Below are positions 29,634-39,990 of a stretch of DNA of 64,000 bases, in pieces (position 1 is the stretch's first letter; the number at the start of each line of letters is the position of its first letter). This DNA comes from a virus (Duplodnaviria; Caudoviricetes). Below the pieces are notes generated by a model. The model did not search any database. It was not told where the DNA came from and worked only from the letters and a program-made list of their open reading frames with translations. Where the stretch lies: the IMG/VR virus record IMGVR_UViG_3300032319_000936, positions 116,759-180,758 of that record. The stretch is one strand, 5' to 3'. Both the position numbers and the translations under genes were made by a program.

Positions 29634-30821
29634 TTAAGGAGTAGTCCAAGTAAAGGCCGGACTGTTAGTATTATTATAGTACTTTTCCGAAGTTTTTTTC
29701 GTATAAACTTTACCATTTGCTCTAATTTCCAAAACAGTACCTGATTGTCCTGAAGAAAACTTACCTAAATTAACCCCAGTTGATGCATACAGTGAGGCGC
29801 CATAGCTAAAAAAACGGGTAACACGAAACGGTATCTGAGAATAGAATGGGGGAGTAGTATCCCCAGCATTTTTAGTGACGTTGAAGTATCCGTCATTCTT
29901 TGCTACACTTGGATAAAAATTAAAATTAAATGCCGGGCCAACAGAAGAGTCGGTGCCAAAGTTAGCGTACGATTGGGTGATTGAAATATTGGTAGTATTA
30001 GGAAATAATAAATTACCCGCTGGTGCATTAAGTATAATGTTTCCACCAACGGTCATATCTTGATCTGCTAGCGTTATTGAGCTAACCTGTGATTCAAACT
30101 TAATCTGATTTGATGCATTTATACTCATGTATCCTGTAGCACCGCCGCCGAAATCAATCTTATATGGCCCATATGGAACGATTGAATCTAAATTCAAGCT
30201 ATCGCCCCACGAAAAAAATGGATGCTTAACGAAATCTGATGTTGCACCCGTTGATCCTGCTATGTCTAGATCTGCTCTGCTAAATTCCATCAAATAGTCT
30301 GAAGCTAGATCCGGATTAGTCGATATAACGAACTTAGCTCCCTGCGGATTCAAATTACCCGCCTGTTCTGGTTGATCATCAGCAAGGACAAATGCAAAAT
30401 CCTGAGGATTATCCTGATTAAAAGCTACTGCAGCTCCATAGCTTTGACCACTTGGTCCAATGACACCTGTTACATTCTTAAACAGATTCTGGTCTCTTTT
30501 TAGGCTAGAAATGTAATTCCACCCTGTTGCTCCGTAGGAATAACAGTCAGCATTGCCATCCAGCCAGTAATCACCAGTGTTTACATCAGGACCTGTTGGT
30601 CCAGTAATCTGAACGAACCATCTGCTTCCTCTTCTACCGGTTTGTCCTGTTGCTCCGGCTGGTCCAGCATGACCTATAGTTCCTCTTTCACCGGTGGGTC
30701 CTTGATCTTCAAGTGTGCCACCCATAGCATTGGATAGCTGATTAAAGTTCTGATTTAGTTTATTAACCAAATCTGATTGTGGATCTGCTGGAAAAAAAGG
30801 CTGTAAATTCAGTCTAGACAT
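29634..30821 (-). CDS. Fibre-like virion protein, paralogue 1
   Basis: DPQSDLVNKLNQNFNQL, collagen, RGSRWF and GDYWLD. Confidence 0.7.
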   Translation of the reverse strand: MSRLNLQPFFPADPQSDLVNKLNQNFNQLSNAMGGTLEDQGPTGERGTIGHAGPAGATGQTGRRGSRWFVQITGPTGPDVNTGDYWLDGNADCYSYGATGWNYISSLKRDQNLFKNVTGVIGPSGQSYGAAVAFNQDNPQDFAFVLADDQPEQAGNLNPQGAKFVISTNPDLASDYLMEFSRADLDIAGSTGATSDFVKHPFFSWGDSLNLDSIVPYGPYKIDFGGGATGYMSINASNQIKFESQVSSITLADQDMTVGGNIILNAPAGNLLFPNTTNISITQSYANFGTDSSVGPAFNFNFYPSVAKNDGYFNVTKNAGDTTPPFYSQIPFRVTRFFSYGASLYASTGVNLGKFSSGQSGTVLEIRANGKVYTKKTSEKYYNNTNSPAFTWTTP

Positions 30822-30826
30822 TTCTG

Positions 30827-33800
30827 TTAAATTTTATCTATGTTAAATCTGAATATAATCTGATAGTTGAAATTAAGCTCGAGTTTATATGTGAAATTAT
30901 AAACCAAATTATTAACCTTCGTCAGTATTAAATTCTTATCTGGGATGTATCCATTTCTGAGTCTTTCCGCTGCCGCTATATCACCTCTGACCTGATATTT
31001 TGCATCTTGTGTCCCTGTTGCAGTTTTTTTAACATAAGCCTGTAAAACTGACCCCTCGTATATAGGAGCTATATTTAATTCCAGATATGATAATATATCG
31101 TCCTGTATTGAAGCAGGGTCTCCAACTCCAAATTCCGAAATAACATTGCTCAGGAAAACATGTCCTACCCCGTCATTCATTAGATACCTTCTTAGCATTC
31201 TATCCAGCCTGATTACACCGGTTATTGTAGTGTCATCAGGTTTCTGCCAGAATATTTCAACATTCGGAAATATGTTAACATTCAAGGATTTCACTGGTAT
31301 AGAAGCATTATAAGGCAATAAAACACCAATACCAGAAGCTGAATTAGTAGCGTTTATCTGTTGAATCGGGATTAATGAATTGAAAGCATTAGTGTTTATG
31401 GTGCTAACGTCACTTGTACCCGATGTTGTGGATAACTGGAGGACTATCTGATTATCTATAATGATATTCTTGGGTGTCTTCATCATTTTACTACCGAGAA
31501 AGCTTTTTTGCTCTGCCATCGATCTGGTTCCGGCAACCGGGGTTTCCAAAGTAGCAGAAGTGTATTTATTATAGTAACCAGCGTCCCAAGATGACTGGAA
31601 CACATTAAAGTCTTTCCTAGCAATAGGTGTTTGTCCAACTAGAGGATATCTAGGTCCAGCTGGTAGATTCTCGCTTTGCTGCAAGATGCTATTTTCAGAA
31701 ACCTTCGTATAATTAATATTTTTTATAAGTCCAAAGTTGAGTGTTTGTGGAGCAAATGTGCAGTTTCTAAAAGAAAGGTCGATTCCTGTATTTGGTATGG
31801 TATCGTTCTTATCATATTGGAAAAATATAGTCTTTTTAAACATCGGCTCATATTTACCAGAATATCTAAGTAATTGTGAAGGCACGCCAGTTGGTGAAAC
31901 CTGTATGTCATACGAATTAGCTTGCCTCACTGATTCAGTCTGCGGACCTCTCCCTGGTATTAATCCAGGTTTAATACTAGCAGCAGGAGAAGAATATACC
32001 TTAACCGGTCTAGATTCACCGATCTTATAAATCTGAGCTGGTTCCTCGAAGTAGACCGAGAAATCTTCCAATTTTACAGAAGATGTTGAAGTTGCATCAC
32101 TGTAAAAATAAGATTCATATTTAACATAAGGATTTAGAGAGTTTACCTTATCTGCCACATATGAAAAAGAGGTTCTCTTTGCTATAAAATCAAAATAATT
32201 TTGACCACCTTGGATCTGGAAAACAGGTTTATTTCTATAAATACTGCTAGCACCAACAGGTACAGTAACAGGACTAGAGAACGAAAAAGGTACAGTGAAA
32301 TAGTAGTTACTGTTTTGCCCAACCGGACCAAATTCTAAAAATCTCTCACCAACCCCAGTTGGCCATGGGTATTGGCACCCGATATCAGGTACAGAAAAAC
32401 TACCAGGTCCCTGATAACTTAAACCAGATGCAGATGCGCTATTCGGATAGGTTAGATTGACCTCCTCTCTTAAATCAGTATCGTAGTTAGGGTTATCTGT
32501 TATCGCTATTCTTCCTGGGTTTGTTGTCGAATTAACAACACTGCCTGATGAATTAGATAGGTTTAAAGCAACACTTAATTTAGTATCTGCTATACTGTAT
32601 AGAGGCTGCCCGTTAACGAATGAACTAGCAAGCTCATTTTTGTCGCTCAAGCTATAGAGGAGGGTATAGTCAGCTATCGGTGATCCACCAGTTCCTCCAG
32701 TATATCCAAGTGGCTGGAGTTTATAATCATTCATAACAACATCGATAAGCATGATTATAAACTTCTGCGTGTTGTTTTCTATGAATTTATAAGAAACCGG
32801 AGTCTGTATCTTAGTGGAATCCTCTGGTATTACTCTTAGTAGTGAAGCATATCTGTATCCTTCGTATCCTCTGTAGCCATCTATATAAAGATTAACATCG
32901 TTACCCTGAACATCCGCTTTGAAGTCAGACCTTTTCTTCAATATAACTTTTGCTCCCCTGAAGATAGTTTCATAATAACCGTTACCCTCATTGTAGGTAA
33001 ACTCTGTAAATAACTCCTTTGTCTGATCTGTCAAATCCTGATATTCAGCGGGATAATCCTCAGGTGTTACTGTAAAGTAAGACGGCAAATAATCAGAAGA
33101 ATTAGGTGTTGGGTCTACAACTGAATCAAGATCTATAGGTCCAGCCATATAACTTTGTTGATCCTTCATAAATTCTACAGGAAATTCCCTTGGTACATTT
33201 TCCAGAAGGAACCATTCGTGAGTCAAATACTTAGGGTCAGGATAGAAATTCTGGAACGTAGGTGAAAAATTACTGGGAGAAAAAGAAGGACTAAGATTTA
33301 ATCTATATTGGTGACCTCTAGAATCAGTACCGTTTTTATATCCCCATTTATTTATGAAAGGAACTATCCTAGATAAATTAGCTCTTTCAATTGTGTAATT
33401 CTCCTGTAAATAAGAGTATTCGCTAGCAAGCAATCCATAATTAAATTGCTGCTCTTTTGTTGCATTATTTGGCTGTAAATTAGTTTGCTCTATCGATCTG
33501 ATACCAATGAACCCCTGGAAGCTGTTTAGATTTTTTTCATATCCTGTATCTGTATTATATGTACCATATAAAGCATTGGAAAACTCAAGAGGATAAACAA
33601 CAGGAACTATCGTTGATGTATTACCATTTGTAAAACTAGAAGCACCGCTAACACCGGTGAAGGTGTTAGTCCCGTTATAAAGGATGCCGTTATAATAAAC
33701 CGATCCGTTCTTTACATAATAAGGTATATCAGCTACTATTTCTCCTTCAGTATCAGGTAAAAGCTCTAAATATCTGAACGTCTCGTAATTTGGATTTATA

Positions 33801-36328
33801 CCATACACAGATGACCAAAAATCGAAATCGAAATCCTTGAAATCAAAAAATGTAAATACACCTGTTTTTAAGATATAGGGTTCAAATACATTGAACTTTG
33901 AATCCGAACCTAGAACTATTTGTTCATAAGGGTCAGCGATAACAGCGGTTCTAAATAGGGCATAGTCGTTAAATCCCGTAACAAGTTTGGTGTTTGTATC
34001 ATATATTGGGTCATCAACGTATCTACCAACCTCTTGTATCATTGAAAATCCTTGCTTGGTCTGTATGAAGTTACCAGTTCTGACTATATTCAAAACATCA
34101 TCATCAAACGATACCCTAATTAGTGGCTTATCCGTACCACCTTGGAAATACTTAACCCCCGAAAATAATGCTGCGTCTTCGTCTTTAATATTAAGGTATC
34201 CGCTACTAGAAAATGAATAATACTTTTCCCAGGTAGTTCCCTGTAAATCAGCCGGATTCTGATTGGACGAGGAAGCGGAAGCGGTAACGGTTGAAAGTGC
34301 CTGATAATATTGGCTGCCATATCTTACAATGTCGCCAATAGAATATGCACTAGACGGTGACCACATCCATTGATATTTGGATTCAAAATAGTCATAGTTA
34401 TCGAAGACAGATATGTAATATGTGGAATTTCCTATATCATTAGCATTTTTAACTCTAATTATAGAACTGGATTCCACTGTACCAGAATCCCACACCAATT
34501 CGGAAACGTCATAAACCGAAGTTGAAAAAGAATTAGCTATATCGCCAGTGGTACCTGAAAATGCGTTAAAATAATAATCGTTTCCGCTACTATATGTGCT
34601 CCCAGCTACCCAAACTATCGTAGCAGAAAAATCACCGCTTCTAATTATATCAAACCTTTCAGCTCCCTCTGATCTAGATCCCTGTGGCCAATATATCTTG
34701 ATGGTAATATCCTTACTTGGTATATCCCATGGCTGTAGAAATTCTATATTGAAATATGGATTTCCGTTTTTACTGGTTACAAATCCTTTGGCACTTAGAG
34801 CTTGATTCTCTATACCCGTGAAGTTTAAAAGATCAACTGAGTTGTTCTGTAAAACAAAAGTTCCAGCAGTGCATCCAGTAGAACCAGTAGCGCTAAAGAA
34901 TTCTGTAGAAGGGTCATAAGGTCCATATCCATAAGGGGAACTTGCAGTTACTGAGCTATCCCAGTTATCAATTCTCTTAAGCGAATAAAAGTTATCGTTC
35001 TTATCAGTTACATAGAATAATTTCAAAGAGCTAATCGAATTAGTGTCATTTGATCCAGGAATGAATCCACTTGCTCCTTCATAATATAGCCTAACACCTG
35101 CTGTAGCAGCTACCGGATATGATGTGTTATCGTAATAATATCCGAATGCATTTCTGCTAGGTATCGGATAGTTTTGATTACCCTCTGAATTTCTAAATTG
35201 ATAAAGGAATTCACCATTCAGTATAAATTCACCGGTGTCATTTCTAGAAACATAGGCTCCGTAATATCTGTTGATATCATAGTCAGTTGCTTCTGTATCA
35301 TCAAAAAGGAATTCTAGATTTAAAAGGCTAGGACAAATTATTCCATTTCTGGAAAACCCCTCAGTTATAAACCTTTCCAGGTCAATTTGTACCGTTGAAT
35401 CAGAGCTTGTAAAATAATCCCAAGTCAATTCGCCTGCTTGTGTATAAACTCCAGAATTTACAGATATGCCATTGAAATATGTAAATCCGCCATCTCCGAG
35501 GTTAATGTTCACCGGTGAATATGATTCACCAATGTCAGAAAATATCCTCCTGATATAGTTACCTATCCTTGTGCCAGACCTCAAATCGAAAGTTTTTATC
35601 ACACCAGAATTGGGTAATATTTTGTCAGTAAAATAGGTCTGTACATTGTCTACATTATCGATGTTATAAAGTTCATCGAATATAACAACGGATCCACTTC
35701 CCGAAAAAATACTATATGAGGTTAGCGAACTTAGTCCAGTGAAAAAATCACCACTTTGATAGTAAACAGGATTTCCACTTCCATCTACACCATATCTGAC
35801 CACGAAATTATCCTGATCGTAATTTTTAACCACCTTATACTTTACACCCTGACTGATAACAGTCTGATTCTGTGAATATGTATAGGAAAGAGGTCCAGGT
35901 ACTTTGAATATAACAAAGAAATCCGGTATCTCACTCTTTATCCAAAGAGGTGCAAAATAAGAGAAGTCTTCGGGATAGTTTTTATCTATAAGTGTTTGAG
36001 CACCCGCAGAATATAAAAAATCATATTGCCCTGCATAGTTATTACTGGATTGGTTCTCACCGTTTGTCAACTGGCCAACCTTAAAAACAATGCTTCTGGA
36101 TACTAGACTAGGATTGAATAATTGAAAAAGGTCCTGAGCATATGTTTTTTCTCCAGTAACATTATACTTCTTAAAAATGTCAGTACTTAAAACAGTATCT
36201 GCATTAATAGAATTTAGCCAAACCCCTCCCTCTGAATCGACGGTGATTTTTACATTTCCCGATAAAACGGGATTCGTTCTCATTAAAGAGAATGATGTGT
36301 TGTAGTCGTATAACTTTTGAAATGCCAT
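30827..36328 (-). CDS. Very large putative virion/baseplate protein (1833 aa)
   Basis: Long S/T/Y/G-rich ORF with a carbohydrate-binding-like segment (WSPSSAYSIGDIVRYG). Confidence 0.7.
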   Translation of the reverse strand: MAFQKLYDYNTSFSLMRTNPVLSGNVKITVDSEGGVWLNSINADTVLSTDIFKKYNVTGEKTYAQDLFQLFNPSLVSRSIVFKVGQLTNGENQSSNNYAGQYDFLYSAGAQTLIDKNYPEDFSYFAPLWIKSEIPDFFVIFKVPGPLSYTYSQNQTVISQGVKYKVVKNYDQDNFVVRYGVDGSGNPVYYQSGDFFTGLSSLTSYSIFSGSGSVVIFDELYNIDNVDNVQTYFTDKILPNSGVIKTFDLRSGTRIGNYIRRIFSDIGESYSPVNINLGDGGFTYFNGISVNSGVYTQAGELTWDYFTSSDSTVQIDLERFITEGFSRNGIICPSLLNLEFLFDDTEATDYDINRYYGAYVSRNDTGEFILNGEFLYQFRNSEGNQNYPIPSRNAFGYYYDNTSYPVAATAGVRLYYEGASGFIPGSNDTNSISSLKLFYVTDKNDNFYSLKRIDNWDSSVTASSPYGYGPYDPSTEFFSATGSTGCTAGTFVLQNNSVDLLNFTGIENQALSAKGFVTSKNGNPYFNIEFLQPWDIPSKDITIKIYWPQGSRSEGAERFDIIRSGDFSATIVWVAGSTYSSGNDYYFNAFSGTTGDIANSFSTSVYDVSELVWDSGTVESSSIIRVKNANDIGNSTYYISVFDNYDYFESKYQWMWSPSSAYSIGDIVRYGSQYYQALSTVTASASSSNQNPADLQGTTWEKYYSFSSSGYLNIKDEDAALFSGVKYFQGGTDKPLIRVSFDDDVLNIVRTGNFIQTKQGFSMIQEVGRYVDDPIYDTNTKLVTGFNDYALFRTAVIADPYEQIVLGSDSKFNVFEPYILKTGVFTFFDFKDFDFDFWSSVYGINPNYETFRYLELLPDTEGEIVADIPYYVKNGSVYYNGILYNGTNTFTGVSGASSFTNGNTSTIVPVVYPLEFSNALYGTYNTDTGYEKNLNSFQGFIGIRSIEQTNLQPNNATKEQQFNYGLLASEYSYLQENYTIERANLSRIVPFINKWGYKNGTDSRGHQYRLNLSPSFSPSNFSPTFQNFYPDPKYLTHEWFLLENVPREFPVEFMKDQQSYMAGPIDLDSVVDPTPNSSDYLPSYFTVTPEDYPAEYQDLTDQTKELFTEFTYNEGNGYYETIFRGAKVILKKRSDFKADVQGNDVNLYIDGYRGYEGYRYASLLRVIPEDSTKIQTPVSYKFIENNTQKFIIMLIDVVMNDYKLQPLGYTGGTGGSPIADYTLLYSLSDKNELASSFVNGQPLYSIADTKLSVALNLSNSSGSVVNSTTNPGRIAITDNPNYDTDLREEVNLTYPNSASASGLSYQGPGSFSVPDIGCQYPWPTGVGERFLEFGPVGQNSNYYFTVPFSFSSPVTVPVGASSIYRNKPVFQIQGGQNYFDFIAKRTSFSYVADKVNSLNPYVKYESYFYSDATSTSSVKLEDFSVYFEEPAQIYKIGESRPVKVYSSPAASIKPGLIPGRGPQTESVRQANSYDIQVSPTGVPSQLLRYSGKYEPMFKKTIFFQYDKNDTIPNTGIDLSFRNCTFAPQTLNFGLIKNINYTKVSENSILQQSENLPAGPRYPLVGQTPIARKDFNVFQSSWDAGYYNKYTSATLETPVAGTRSMAEQKSFLGSKMMKTPKNIIIDNQIVLQLSTTSGTSDVSTINTNAFNSLIPIQQINATNSASGIGVLLPYNASIPVKSLNVNIFPNVEIFWQKPDDTTITGVIRLDRMLRRYLMNDGVGHVFLSNVISEFGVGDPASIQDDILSYLELNIAPIYEGSVLQAYVKKTATGTQDAKYQVRGDIAAAERLRNGYIPDKNLILTKVNNLVYNFTYKLELNFNYQIIFRFNIDKI

Positions 36329-36358
36329 TTACTAATAATTATTAGAATCTGTTATTAG

Positions 36359-36366
36359 TATTTATC
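36359..36366 (-). promoter_or_regulatory. Putative late promoter GATAAATA
   Basis: One mismatch from T4 late TATAAATA, 30 nt upstream of a structural gene. Confidence 0.6.
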
Positions 36367-36421
36367 ATCGATTAAAAAGGCTGTCAATTCCATTTGTTCC
36401 ACCCAGAATAGAATTACAGTT

Positions 36422-39400
36422 TTAAACACTTAGAACGTTATTTATAATATTAACCGTGGAATTTGCTGGTGGAGTTACTTGGGATCCAAAGTTAGGAGCT
36501 ATAAGTGTCTGATTTCTATATGCACCGGTAACTTCTATATCAAAAGAAAATACGCTAATTGCTCTCTGTTGTAGGTCTATACCAATCTTCTTAGTATAAG
36601 TTACGTTACTCAAAGTGCCAGCTTTTCTATATCCTCCGATATATCCTCCAACATCCTGTGCTCTAAATTGGAATATAACTGGAATATTAACAGAGTTATT
36701 CTGTCCTTGATAGATTCTTTTAGATGCCTGTGACGTGAATCCATCCACAGCTAAGTAGGTTGTCTGCGGTATACCTAAGAAAAGATAAGCCCCGCAGGAG
36801 TATTTACCGATGAGGTACTGATCGTTTGCATTAAACCCAACTCTATCCTGCCATTGTGAATCATATATGTCAACAGAGGCAGCAGTTGCTCCTGCCGCTG
36901 CTGTCGGAGTTCTGTATTGAGTTTGTGTGTAATACCCAGGTAGAGCTGTATCAGCGTAGAATCCAAGTGCATGCCTGAATGCAGGATATAAAATAGACCC
37001 GGTTACGGTATTATCAAAATTAGGCTTAACGTAGGTAACATAATCACCTGTAGCACCAGTATTCAGGGACGGGTGAGTTGTTGATATACAAAATTCTGAA
37101 ACGTATCCTCCACCCTGTGGTGTTGATCCCGACCATAAGCCAGACCAAATACCTGCGGCTGTACCTCCAGACACTGTGGCTGGTGTATTTTGTGGATCGT
37201 ACGGTATCAAACAAGATCCATTGAGAGGCATAATTCCACCAGTTACGCCAAAGAAAGAGGTACTAGGTGTGCTACCTGAGTAGTCATATAAAGGATTGAA
37301 AGTTGGTATCTGCGAACTTGTTAGATATAGATCTTGATCCAATCCGATGTTCTTGTACCTCGAATACGCGTACTGCCCATATGTTTGAGCACAAGCAAAA
37401 GGAGCAGCCTGATAAATGTTGGTATTTGAAACCACATCTGACGATGCGTATGTTGTTACAGATAAAGGAACCGCACCATATCTAAGGTTAGTTCCGTAGC
37501 CATCTATCTGAGGATAAGTCGAAATAGGAGCTTGAGTGGTAAATCCACCGGGAACTATAGACTGAAGTTCTACAGGGGTTGCCTGAGAGTTAGTAAGTGA
37601 TATAAGATAGGTCTTAGTGTATATCTTACCTATATTTGCAGTAACAGTTAGATCAAATAGATCGTTATAGTATCCTGCATTTAATGAAATTACCTGTCCA
37701 GCCGAAACTTGAAGTGAGCTGACCCCGTCCAATAGATAAACTTCCAAAACACCAACAGTAACAGAAACAAGAGATTGTAACGTTGCGATCTGTTGCTGAA
37801 GTTCCGCTAATTTATCAAATATGCTTATGGTTCCACCTGCTGAATTGAAAAAACCAGATGCTATACTCGAGCCCTGGTGAAAATACGTAGCAGTATTCTC
37901 AGTAAACTGCTCAGAAAGATGCTGGGGAAGTCCCTGTGCGGTAAGGCTCTCCTGCACGGTTACCACTGCTGAATCCTCGCTATTTTTCTTCAATAGATCA
38001 GTTATACCATTTACGGCTAAGTCACTAGGGAATGAAATAGAAACAGGGTCAGAATATATCGATACGTGGGGATTATTAGGCCATCCCGCTTCAGACACAG
38101 ATGCTATTTGTATTTCTACTTTTTCACCTTTTTGAATAGGAATATCAATTTGATTTATATTTTGGGCATCAGCATTATCAACATTCTCCGGAGCCCAAAC
38201 ATAAACTCCCTTATTCTCATCATAGACTTTCTTTCTAATTGGAGTTGTGTATTCCACCCAATTGGAGAAAGCTCCAGTCTTTTGCTGTCCGTTATTATCA
38301 ACGAATTTAATTTGCTCAGTTGGCTGGGTTGCACCACTATCAGAGAGATATCTGTATCTTACCTTGAAAGCTATCACCTGCTGCGAACCTGTTAAAGGAT
38401 CGAAAACAGGGTCAGGTATTGCCCAGAATCCTCTTACTCTATATTTAGGCTGCGTATCAATCTGTGAAAGATCGGACGTAGTCGTTTGGATGTCCTTCAC
38501 AATGGATGAATAAAGCTGACTCTTCTTTGATTTCTCGTTTATAAGAGAATCTAATTTAGCTTGTATCGTACTAATAGCCCCCGAAGAAGATTTAGTTGCG
38601 CCTAAAGATTTAGCTTGATTTAGCTGAACCATAGTTTGATTAATCGAAGCATCCAATGCAACTAGCTCGGTCTTAAGAGAGCTTTTGGCGGCAACCTTAT
38701 CTGTAGCTGTCTTGGAAGAAACAGAGTCAGTAACCTGCTTATTAATTTGAACAACTTTAAAGTTTGTCCCTGCAACAGTAGGTACATTAGGTGTTAATCC
38801 CTGAATAGCAGGAACTGTTTTTTCCTTTGCCATATCAAGAAACACCTTGCCGATATCTGCTACCTGTGTCAAATAAAACTGTTCTAAAGAAACAAGATTA
38901 CCTGCTGAATCCAGAGTAGTTAATTCACTGCTCCAGAATGTGATACCTGTAGACCACTCAGATGAAACTATATTGAAATTATCATCGATCGTCTTAAAGA
39001 AAACCCCCTGTCTTTCATCATTTCCGATGTTAACATCAACGAATCTATCTCCGAGGTCGTTCGAGAAATAGCTAAGTGTATCAGCTCCTAAGAAAACCTG
39101 CTGATAACCAGATACTCTCTGTAATTGAACCGAGGATTCATCTACGTTAACAGAGGTGATCAAATAGATCGTGCCATCTGCGGTGGCTAGTCTATCCCCA
39201 TTATTAAGGGTCTTGCTATTCTTTACACCTGTTGTTGTGTCCGTGTACTTTAAACTTGCTAACTTATAATTACGAACCGTTGTTTGAACTAGCTGCCCAT
39301 TTTGACTTGTTGTAGAAGCAACACTATCATAAAAAGAGGTAACGCCAAAAGATCCAGTATATCTGAGTTTTCTCAGGGGTAATTGCTCTAGACTCTCATC

Positions 39401-39985
39401 TGTGAAGTATTGAATCCCTGCAGCAGTTAATTCAGTTACGAAGGTATCATAAGAAACGTCATTTCTGCCCTTTAAAGAATTATCAAAGAAATCCTTTTGA
39501 GCCTGAGTTGTTGTGTTAGCAATAATTCTTTTGATAAGTATCCTATCAGCATTCTCAGAAATCTTTCCTGTTACATCTATACTCACATATAAAAGAGGAC
39601 TTAGAAAGCTTTCAAAAAACCAATTGTCCTTAGTTTGAAATGTTCCAGGTACAGGAAGATTTTTCATTGGCGCAGGGTTCTTTAAAGGCTCTGCTTTGAA
39701 GACCTGTGAATATGTTCCGTCGGGATTTCTAACAGTTGATCCATTTGATATCCCAGCTAAAGACTTAATATTATTATCGATTCTTTCGATTTGAGCTCTC
39801 ATGTATCCGTATGACGGAATGCTAGCTGTTGTGGGATTCCCGTTGTCATCTAATACCTCGATAGAAACAGTTTCATTTGTAGACGTCGCTACCTCATTTA
39901 GACCATTAATAATTTCTAAGGCGTTCTTTTGAAGCCTTAGAAACTGAGCCACTAAAGAACTTATCGAATTTTGGGTACCTGCCAT
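36422..39985 (-). CDS. Large putative virion protein with coiled coils (1187 aa)
   Basis: Long ORF with two coiled-coil segments, in the structural block. Confidence 0.7.
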   Translation of the reverse strand: MAGTQNSISSLVAQFLRLQKNALEIINGLNEVATSTNETVSIEVLDDNGNPTTASIPSYGYMRAQIERIDNNIKSLAGISNGSTVRNPDGTYSQVFKAEPLKNPAPMKNLPVPGTFQTKDNWFFESFLSPLLYVSIDVTGKISENADRILIKRIIANTTTQAQKDFFDNSLKGRNDVSYDTFVTELTAAGIQYFTDESLEQLPLRKLRYTGSFGVTSFYDSVASTTSQNGQLVQTTVRNYKLASLKYTDTTTGVKNSKTLNNGDRLATADGTIYLITSVNVDESSVQLQRVSGYQQVFLGADTLSYFSNDLGDRFVDVNIGNDERQGVFFKTIDDNFNIVSSEWSTGITFWSSELTTLDSAGNLVSLEQFYLTQVADIGKVFLDMAKEKTVPAIQGLTPNVPTVAGTNFKVVQINKQVTDSVSSKTATDKVAAKSSLKTELVALDASINQTMVQLNQAKSLGATKSSSGAISTIQAKLDSLINEKSKKSQLYSSIVKDIQTTTSDLSQIDTQPKYRVRGFWAIPDPVFDPLTGSQQVIAFKVRYRYLSDSGATQPTEQIKFVDNNGQQKTGAFSNWVEYTTPIRKKVYDENKGVYVWAPENVDNADAQNINQIDIPIQKGEKVEIQIASVSEAGWPNNPHVSIYSDPVSISFPSDLAVNGITDLLKKNSEDSAVVTVQESLTAQGLPQHLSEQFTENTATYFHQGSSIASGFFNSAGGTISIFDKLAELQQQIATLQSLVSVTVGVLEVYLLDGVSSLQVSAGQVISLNAGYYNDLFDLTVTANIGKIYTKTYLISLTNSQATPVELQSIVPGGFTTQAPISTYPQIDGYGTNLRYGAVPLSVTTYASSDVVSNTNIYQAAPFACAQTYGQYAYSRYKNIGLDQDLYLTSSQIPTFNPLYDYSGSTPSTSFFGVTGGIMPLNGSCLIPYDPQNTPATVSGGTAAGIWSGLWSGSTPQGGGYVSEFCISTTHPSLNTGATGDYVTYVKPNFDNTVTGSILYPAFRHALGFYADTALPGYYTQTQYRTPTAAAGATAASVDIYDSQWQDRVGFNANDQYLIGKYSCGAYLFLGIPQTTYLAVDGFTSQASKRIYQGQNNSVNIPVIFQFRAQDVGGYIGGYRKAGTLSNVTYTKKIGIDLQQRAISVFSFDIEVTGAYRNQTLIAPNFGSQVTPPANSTVNIINNVLSV

Positions 39986-39990
39986 TTTGA

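Noticed and set aside
29600-29640. Frameshift fusion of 29634-30821 with 29093-29617
   Set aside because: An in-frame TAG lies just upstream of the second ATG, so these are separate genes.
36381-36419. Intergenic hairpin as an ncRNA
   Set aside because: It is short and followed by CCTTTTT on the minus strand, so it is more simply a terminator or processing stem.
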